A stretch of 64,000 bases of DNA from the human T2T-CHM13v2.0 reference genome, Homo sapiens. The stretch lies in the NCBI RefSeq assembly GCF_009914755.1, contig NC_060927.1, one strand, 5' to 3'. The notes under the pieces are model-generated. The model did no database searches. It was not told where the DNA came from and saw only the letters and a program-made list of their open reading frames with translations. A program made the translations under genes and the position numbers. Positions 43,835 to 64,000 of this stretch are shown here, piece after piece; within the stretch, counting starts at the first letter, position 1; every line of letters starts with the position of its first letter.

Positions 43835-44169
<335 letters not shown>

Positions 44170-44727
44170 TAAAGAAAAAAATTACTTTGATTTGTGGAGG
44201 ACTAAATCATAATACATTTCTATGCAACAATAGCTTCTGAGAGGAAATTCAGGAATGTTTGTGTTTACCACAGACAAAAACATTTGATCTGTTAATCATC
44301 AGTAGCTGTGGTCATCTCTCTTTCTTAAACTCTTGGGCAATGGGTGGAAATCAGAGACCAACTTCAAATTTAATGTGTAAAAAACAAATAGTTCAGCTGC
44401 TTCTATTGGTAAGAAAATTCAACTTCCTACCAGCCTTAGAAAGGTCTCTTTAAACAATTTCTTTCCCCCTAGGGTTACCTAGCTGGTCCATACAGGTTTT
44501 ATCACCTCACTGCAAGGAGGAAGTTGAATATTCTGTTCCCCACGGGGATCTGGCTTAATCCCTAGTTGCTCATATAGTTGGTATCAGCATAGCAATATTT
44601 TGCATAATGCTTTATTTTTCTCAAATGACTATTGCATAGATGATCTTGATATTTGCAACAGCCTAGTGGATTTGGTAGGGTCCTGAATCATCTCTATAAG
44701 GCAAACAAGGAAATTGTAACACAAAGA

Positions 44728-44840
44728 AATAAACATATTGAATATAATTGCTATTCTGTAAGACATACAGTCTGTGTAAGATGTATCTTATTTACAGAGA
44801 CATTTTTGAAAATTAAAATATTAAATACTTTTTGTTATAT
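44728..44840 (+). terminator. Proximal polyadenylation signal cluster
   Basis: AATAAA plus two ATTAAA hexamers, TGTA elements nearby, downstream tttttgttat. Confidence 0.55.
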
Positions 44841-45986
44841 AGAGACAATGATCTGGAAGTATAAAAAGAAAAATATTATCTTGTTGATGTAAATATGATA
44901 TCCTTATATATATTAGAATCCAATAAGATATCATGGGCGCAATATTAGCAAAAAAAAGTCAGTCTTACCCTGAAAAAAAAATAGATATGAAAATCTCAGC
45001 ACTACACAGAAATGTTTAGATGTCAATCAGTTTTGGTATGCAGCATTATTATAGTAGTAACAAATTTAAATCTAAAATTTTAGAGTAATACTTTCCTTCT
45101 GATCAGTTGCCCTGTGGTTATTTTTGTTAAGGAAACTACCATTATGACGGGAAACTCTTATTTTTGCTGTTATATTTTGTTTCCTTATTTCACCACTAGA
45201 GGTGACATCATTATTTTGTAACTTTAGTACTAGGCTTTCCATTTGTGGTATGGACACGTATGATATGGAGCAATTTTTGAATTGTCTTTCACATAGGGGA
45301 AATTGCATCTTATATACCCATAAATTGGGTTTTAGTGAAAGAGCCAGGATGGAACATAATTTCCTAACTTCCATCCTAGTTTCCTTTCTACTTGTTCAGA
45401 ATGGCCAGTGAAACACACAAATGGCACTCAGATTTGTTGATGGCTCACCAACTCAAAGAGGTTCCTTCTCTCCTTTGATAAGTCCCACAAAAACATCTAC
45501 TGTAAAGACTTGAAATACAATGCCTTTCTTTTTTATGAGAGCCAAGTTTACCCACAACTCTCAACTACCAGTACTGGTCTGACTGTGCAGAAAAGGGTTG
45601 CCCGCAAAGGTCAATGATATCACCCTAGAACATTCTAGAATGATGAATTTTGAGAATGTGAAACCTTAGAACCTCGTGCGGTTGTCTGCCTTGGAATTCC
45701 TGTGCTGTATCCTGAAATTTTAGCTGAATTTGGCAGAGAATTCAGAGAAAATTTGCTTTTCTAATCCTTGCTGCCTGAAAGTGCTAATTATTTTCCATAG
45801 CTAGGATATTACCATGGAGCAATATTTTCTCTGCCTTTGATAACTCCCAGCAAATTACTACATTAACCGCCTTTGAAATCCAGGAGCCACAAATTTTAAT
45901 TCAGTGGCCTGCTAAAACATGCACTCTCTGGTTTAAAGTTTGCCAAAGGTGGTGCTGCCCCATATGCCACATTGAATACTGGGAAG

Positions 45987-46367
<381 letters not shown>

Positions 46368-47001
46368 TTAATTTCTGTTTAATGCATATAACTATGGACT
46401 TCCATTAAAGAAGAAAAGAGCACTTTCTGATAGCAAAAGGTGACAGTATTTTTATATGCATCGAGATTGAGGTTTTTCAACAGCAGTGTCACTGGAAATG
46501 CTGCCAATATTTTTCTTGCTGAGTGTTTCTCCAATATAAATCTCAGTAATCATGGCTTACATTGAAAATTCTAATATTTAAACAATTAACTGGCTAGAAA
46601 AGCAATTTAAGTTTTTCTTCAACTTCCAAAATGGCAATTTAGCACTTTGGATACAAAGCTCCAAGCTTTACTATTTATGGGATATGTCTAGTTCATATTC
46701 AGTGCTTCCATTGCAAATTATTGTGACTTTTACCAAATTTGGTATTGAAATGGGTATTTATATGGACTCAGACGTTTGAGAGTATTTCTTTTATTTGCAG
46801 TTATGGTGTTCATGAGCAAAAACAAATAAACCAAATCATACAAAACATTATTATTCACAGTGATTGAAAACAAAATAATGATCCAGTAACAAAATAATCA
46901 CTCGCAGCCCAGCCTGAAAGCAGGACATTCATACAAATTTAGATTCATGTATAAATATTATCTGATATTTATACATTATTATCTGATATTTATACGTATA
47001 A

Positions 47002-47412
<411 letters not shown>

Positions 47413-47535
47413 TCTTTTCTTTCTTTCTTTTTCTTTCTTTCTTACTCTTGCTCTCTTGCTCTCTCTTTCTCTCACTCTCTTTCTCTCTCTCTCTTTCTCT
47501 CTTTCCCTCCCTCCCTCTCTCTCTCTCTCTTTCTT
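47413..47535. repeat. CT-rich low-complexity tract
   Basis: Direct inspection. Confidence 0.9.
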
Positions 47536-47554
47536 TATTTCCTAAGCAAGCTAA

Positions 47555-53520
<5,966 letters not shown>

Positions 53521-54514
53521 AAAGAGAGAGAATGTATTGATTGAGTCAGTTTATTTACTTATTCATAAAATGACATGGTTAGGTCAGATGAGGTTAAAGT
53601 TCCTTTTTGTGTAAATGCTCTCTATTTCCATAATCTGTTTTTTATAGCTCTATAATAGATATTTGTGGGATTTTGGCTGCCTGGAAACCACCCCACTCCT
53701 GGTACCAATTTCTTTAGTCATTAAAACTCTTTAAATTGTAAGTGACAGCAAACACAACTCAAACAAGTACAGAGAAAAAAAAAGGTCTTGTGTAAGTGAA
53801 AAATCTGGAAATAGCTCTATATTCAAAGGCTCAAAAGATGCCAAGGGAAATGTATCATTTTAACAATGCTTTTTTCATTAATATTTTATTGAAAACCACA
53901 CATCCTTCTAGGATTCCAGCCATAAAATTTTCATGTCATTTTAATAGAATCATTCCATCTTTGGAAAAATACCTTGTCTCCATGTTCAGATGAAAAATGG
54001 TATTGCCAACCTGGGTCAAAATATCAAGAAAATTGTTCTCCTGGTGTTTAACTTAAGACAACTATAATATATCTTTTTCCCCTCATTGAAAACTATCATT
54101 AACCAAATAAACCCCTCGTACCAGAAACAATTCAATAATCTAAAATGAATGAATGATTTGGGAGGGGGTGGTTCCTTATCATAAATTTGATCTGTTGGAC
54201 AAGAGCACTTCAACAATTCCTCAGTTCCACAGTCCCCATAGACTCCTAGAGGTGACAGTCAAAATCATAAATGTTGATGTATCCACTATACTTATATAGG
54301 CTCTATGTCATGTATATGCATATAGGCTGTAACTATAAAGAGACACCTGGGAACACCTATGCCTGTCTCATTATGGAGCACTTAGAGTTTATCAAAACAA
54401 TAGCATTTCTTTTTTCAGGATTGCTATTCTGGGTCAAGTGACAATGCAAGTCTAAATATCATATTAGGAAATTGAATTCTTCTAAATTATTGTTATTAGA
54501 AAAGATTGCAAGCG

Positions 54515-55212
<698 letters not shown>

Positions 55213-55469
55213 GATAGTAGCGTTTAAAAAAAAATTAAATGTTTAAAACTTGATCACCGTTTATAACAGCTTCTCTGATATTTATTGTTTGTATGTGTAT
55301 GGAGGTTTTAAAACATAAAACCAATACGTGCTCAAATGAGAGGAAATTCAAATAAAGTCAATAACTAATTAAGAAAATAGTTGGTGTATGGTGTGTCAGA
55401 ATTTAAGCTTCCTAAGGCTGCCATCTGCCTATTTAGAACCCACAATTTCTGGCACAGAATAGATGACCA

Positions 55470-55915
55470 GCATAGCATGCCCTGTCTTATTCCCTTAACA
55501 TACATTATTTCCATGCATGCCAGCTCAAAATTCTGATTCCCAACCTGTGACTCTGCCCGAAGGCTCCCTTCTGCCACTGCAGCCTGCTCCACTTGCCTAC
55601 AGGCAGGCTCAAAGTATTGGGAAATTAACACCTCTGGGAGTAGTAACAATCACTGACTGACAGGAGTTGGTAGATAAATACCTCAGCTCCTCATCTTCTC
55701 TGGAAGGGTAACTCTGGTCTGTTCCAGAATTGCATCCCAGAATTTCCCAGTGTGAAGAAGCTCAAATTGCCCACAGTAGTAACTTCTTTAATAATATATA
55801 TTCTTTATTGGCCTTCTTGCCATCCCCATCACACTTCCCCACTCCTGCCAGTGTTTTCTTGGATTTGGCCCCCAAATAGACCACTTGAACTCAAATCTTT
55901 GTCTTGTCATTTGCA
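55470..55915 (+). mobile_element. ERVL LTR16-like solo LTR
   Basis: gggaaattaacacc...tgactgacaggagttggtagataaatacctcagctcc...ttgcccacagtagtaactt...caaata.accacttgaactcaaatct. Confidence 0.7.
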
Positions 55916-55955
55916 ATTGGTAATTTTTGTTCATGTGAATAAAAAATGGAATTTT

Positions 55956-58125
<2,170 letters not shown>

Positions 58126-58485
58126 TGTACTTGCAACTTTTATGTGAGTTTGAAATCATTTCAAAAGAGAAAGAAAAACCATAAATTATTTTTGTAATTC
58201 TTAACCTATGTAAGTATGAACAATACCTAATATTGATTGAGTCAGATCACTGGCTTAATTCTCTCAGCAAACCAATGAGTAAGTCACCACTATTAACTTC
58301 AATTTATACGTAAGGAAACTGAGGCATTTTGATATTAATCATTTACCTGAATTCAAACAGCTAGGAAGTAATAAGCCAGGAATTAAACTAGATATCTGAT
58401 TTTAGACCTTTTTCTCTTAATACACTATTTGATTTTATTATATTCAATTATCGAATATATATATGTGTGTGTATTTGTGTATATA

Positions 58486-58830
58486 CAGTCATGCACCACA
58501 TAACAATGTTTCATTCGACAACAGATCACATAAATGACAATGGTCTCATAAGATTATAATACTGTATTTTTAGTATGCCTTTCTATGTTTAGGTATGTTT
58601 AGATAAACAAACATTTACTATTGTGTTACAGTTGCTTACAATATTCAGGACAGTAACACGCTGTATTGGTTTGTAGCCTAGAAGCAATAGAAAGTACCAT
58701 AGCCTAGGTGTGTAGGAGGCTATACCATCTAGGTTTGTGTAAGTACACTCTACGATGCTTGCACAACAATGAAATTGCCCAATAGCACGTTTCTCAGAAT
58801 CTATCTCTGTTATTAAGTGACACATGACTG
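58486..58830. mobile_element. Tigger3a/MER7-like non-autonomous TcMar DNA transposon, full length
   Basis: Terminal inverted repeats CAGTCATG...CATGACTG, TA on both sides, 345 bp. Confidence 0.88.
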
Positions 58831-58834
58831 TATA

Positions 58835-58935
58835 TGTATAATCAGGGTTCTTCAAAGAAACACAACCTATAGGATGTGTGGGTGTGGGTGTGGAGAAAGG
58901 GAAAGAGAGAGAGAGACAGAGAAAGAGACAGAAAG
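58835..58935. mobile_element. MLT2-like LTR end running into GT/GA simple repeat
   Basis: gtataatcagggttcttcaaagaaacacaacctataggatgtgtg. Confidence 0.5.
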
Positions 58936-60079
58936 TGTGCAGAGTTGAAGAAGAGAATGGCTGTTGGGTTCAGTGAGCGTCCTTAATCTGTGGAATACCC
59001 TACTCTCCTCATATATTCCCATTTTCTTTCACACAACTCGAAGCCAACTTCCACTACTACAGTCAGACCTAATCAAGATGGCCACCTAGGCAGCTTCACT
59101 CTGCCAGTTCCCTTCTCTGACACTGCTCTTAAACACCCACCATGGCCACCAGCAGCCATCATGCCTGTGGTGACTCCAGAGAAAACAACCCATGGTTTTT
59201 TGCATAGACCCTTTGTCACCCTTGTTTCCACTAAAAAAGTGGAAAGTCTCTGGGAAAAAAGTGAAGCCTGATGGTTTGTGAAACTGCCCTCATACTTGTT
59301 TAGAAAAATGTATTCAGTTTAGTTTATCTTCCTATCTCAACTTCATTTGGTACCCATTATATATACAAATAAGGACTTCAGGGCATGAATAAAAAGCCAC
59401 GAGAATCAAAGAACGTCTAAAGCTTTGTGTAGTGGTATTGTAACCCAGTCTGTCCTCTGTTCTGCAGCTTGTTTAGACTGGATATTGGTTTTTCTAGATT
59501 TTTCTTCAGTCTCTTCTTGTCCCTTCCCACAGACCCATCTCAGAAGGACAGCCAAGCTCCAGTACTTTTCCCTGGGGTTAAAAAAAGATCCACCCACATG
59601 TTATCTGACATAGTTCTGGCTGTTTTCTCCCTCCCATCTCTTTGTGTCTCCATGTTCTACAGCCTACTCTGTGTCTCCTCCCTGTTCAGGCCTTTTCCCT
59701 CTTGTGCACACCCAGAACATGGGCCTTCATCTTGCCAGTCTTCCTGAATGTTCATATTTATTTAAGGTCTACCTCCCCTATTAGACTATGAGCTCCGTGG
59801 GGGAAAAGAGACTATGCATCAACTTTCCCGAGCACCTTGGAGACCCTCACAGGCTGTTTACCTTGTTAATACCATTCCCTCTGCCAGGAGGGCTCTTCTC
59901 TGTCAGTACAAATCTTTTCCAGTCTTTAAGTGAGACCCTTCCATCTCTTCCTGGAAGAAATTTTGCAGGCCTCTGAATATCTGATACACAGCTTTGCCTT
60001 CTACCTTGCATGAGGGCCTACACTTACATCTTATCTTTCCTAGTATTTTGCAAACTTCTTGAGGACAAGAAAGTGTTTG

Positions 60080-60725
<646 letters not shown>

Positions 60726-60734
60726 TTAAATTTC

Positions 60735-61165
60735 TTATTTGTTGCATTAGTTTCTAAAATTTAGAGGCTTAGAACAGTTATAGACATTGTCACCTTTTAC
60801 AGTTTCTGTGGATCAGGTATTGGGAAGTGACTTAGATGGGCTGCTCTAGTGTGGGATGTCTGCTAAGGTTGTGATCCAGATGTCAGCTGGGGCTGCAGTT
60901 ACCTGAAGGAATTCCTGAGGCTGGAGGATCCACCTTCAAGGACAGTTCTTCTCTCTGTGGGGCCTTTCCACAAGACTGTCTAATGTTCTCATGACATGGC
61001 AGCTGGCTTCCCCCATTGAGGCCCCATTTACCAATTCAAGAGGCCAAGGCAGAAGCCCTAGTGCCTTCACACAGACAGCTGTGATTTGGTGTGCCTGATT
61101 ATACTAGGGCATGAATCTCAGCAAGTGAGGATCATGAGGGGTAATTGTGGGGGCTGGTTGCCACA
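60735..61165 (-). mobile_element. MaLR LTR (MLT1H/G-like)
   Basis: acagtttctgtggatcagg...agatgtcagctggggctgcagt...ggctggaggatccaccttcaag...catgacatggcagctggcttcccc. Confidence 0.75.
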
Positions 61166-61219
61166 TTTGTATTCTGTTTTCTTCCCAGGAAATCGGCATC
61201 AGTAGGAGGCTTATTATTC

Positions 61220-61486
61220 TATTTTTTATTTTTGAGTCAGGGTCTCACTATGTTTGTGGCCCAGGATGGATTACAGTGGCATGATCCCGGCTCACTGCAG
61301 ACTTAAATTCCTGGGCTCAAGTAATCCTCCTAGCCTCCCAAGTAGCTAGTACTACAGGTGTGCGCCACTACCCCTGGTAATTTTTTATTTTTTGTAGAGA
61401 CATGTTGCTGGGCTGGTCTCAAGTGATCCTCCAGCCTTGGCTTCCCAGAGTACCGAGATTACAGGTGTGAGCCACCATGCCCAGCC
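61220..61486 (-). mobile_element. AluJ
   Basis: Degenerate antisense Alu. Confidence 0.82.
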
Positions 61487-61914
61487 AGTAGGAGGCTCTA
61501 GTAATTGCAGACATTGTGATACAGGCCGGCTGGAGAAGAATTCAAGGAAGAAGGAAGGAATGAACCAAACGAAGTTATTTTTTCAGCCTCATCTTTTGCC
61601 TCTTCTCCCCTTGTAATCTTGACTTCCAGACACTGGATAAGGTCTATGACGGGCGACAAAGTGCACACAGCAATGACAGCCTAAGGGAATCGTGGAAAGT
61701 GTACCAGAGGAAGTGGTGTTTAAGTAGAGATCTGAATTTGCAGAGGAATGTAGCAAAGTGCATTGGAGAGGAGGAGCTAACCAGAGGGGCACAAGCCTTG
61801 ATTATCTGAAGACCAGGTGGGATCTGAAAAACCATAAGAAATTCAGTTAAGCTGACAGCAATGAAAGGGACAAAACAGTGTTAGAAATTAGCATAATGTG
61901 TTCTCCAACAGAAA

Positions 61915-62470
61915 GTTCCAATAGAACTTTTTGCAATAATGAAATTTTCTTTATCTGAACTATCCAATACAGGAGCCACTAGCCACATGTAGCTACTGAG
62001 CACTTAAAATGTGGCTGGTGTGACCAAAGAATTGGATTTTTAGGCCAGGGGCGGTGGCTCACACCTGTAATCCCAGCACTTTGGGAGGCTGCGGCGGGTG
62101 GATCACAAGGTCCAGAGTTCAAGACCAGCCTGGACAATATGGTGAAACCCCGTCTCTACTAAAAATACAAAAATTAGCTGGGCGTGGTGGTGGGAGCCTG
62201 TAATCCCAGCTACTCGAGAGGCTGAGGCAGAGAACTGCTTGAACCCGGGAGGCACAGGTTGCAGTGAGCTGAGATCACGCCACTGCACTCCAGCCTGGAC
62301 GACAGAGCAAGACTCCGTCTCAAAAAAAAAAAAAGGAAAAGAAAAAAGAAAAAAAAAAGAATTGGATTTTTATTGAAGAACTCAGGAACTGAATTTTAAA
62401 TTTTATTTAATTTTAATTAATTTAAATTTCAATATTCACACATGGCTAATATCTACTGTACAGCAGAGCT
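61915..62470. mobile_element. MER3-like hAT fossil interrupted by an AluS (+, 62043-62358)
   Basis: tccaatagaactttttgcaataatgaaa...gccactagccacatgtagctactgagcacttaaaatgtggct; Alu TSD AAAGAATTGGATTTTTA. Confidence 0.8.
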
Positions 62471-62981
62471 CTTACAGTAAGAGACCCTTCTGAATAGTAG
62501 AGTGGCAGATAGAAGGAGAGGCTAAGCTTTGCCATGTAGGCAGTAGGCCCTTTCAGACTGGAAGGGACCTGGATAAACTAAACCTGGTGCCTGGCAAGTG
62601 CTGGCCAAGTGCTTGATGTGCTACCCTATTCCCTCTCTCTGCAAGGATATTTGTAATTGAGCTAGATGCTCTGAACAACGAAGGTCTAAAGACACAGGGG
62701 ACTGGTTCTCTGATGGCACAATTTGAGAGAGCTATTTTGGGTGTGAATGTCTTTTGCCTACATCTACCACCTAGGATCAGGGTCAGACCCACTGTCTTTT
62801 AAGAGGGTCAACAGTGTAAAGGCTGTGTCCAAACTTGCATCTTCTTAGACCAAACAATAACCTTCCTTCCCTCCCTTGGTCCTTCTCTCCCCTCCTTCCT
62901 TCCATGACTTTGTGCTATGCTGGGTTTTGGGAAGAGGAGGTGGAACAACGCAGTACCTTTTCTTTTCTTTCTCTCTCTCTC

Positions 62982-64000
<1,019 letters not shown>

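Noticed and set aside
45190-45960. CTCF-like motifs (ccactagaggtgac, gccaaaggtggtgc)
   Set aside because: Mismatches at core positions; cannot be distinguished from chance without ChIP data.

Overview
This is primate, very likely human, genomic DNA. It carries the 3' half of GXYLT2 (glucoside xylosyltransferase 2, GT8 family, acts on Notch EGF-repeat O-glucose) on the + strand. Four coding exons are visible: 23001-23252, 25132-25255, 35463-35635 and 42901-43083 (TGA). They have canonical AG/GT ends, splice in frame (252+124+173+183 nt) and encode the DxD, NSGV, DQD and HGN motifs. The upstream exons lie outside the window. A 3' UTR with proximal and distal candidate poly(A) signals follows, then intergenic DNA. 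Everything else is intron or intergenic sequence dense in interspersed repeats: roughly 70-80 Alu pieces (about a third of the window by eye), HAL1, L1, L2, MIR, MaLR/ERVL LTRs, and hAT and Tigger DNA-transposon fossils. Almost all ORFs in the supplied track are Alu translations or noise, and the last real exon is missing from that track. I found no new gene or novel biological system. The most interesting unexplained structures are sequence scars: two ~1.8 kb-distant templated copies at Alu 5' ends, an inverted AluY pair sharing a private indel, a 13-nt retro-insertion with a 19-bp TSD, and several hairpin/tandem duplications. Repeat family names and most repeat boundaries are by eye and approximate.
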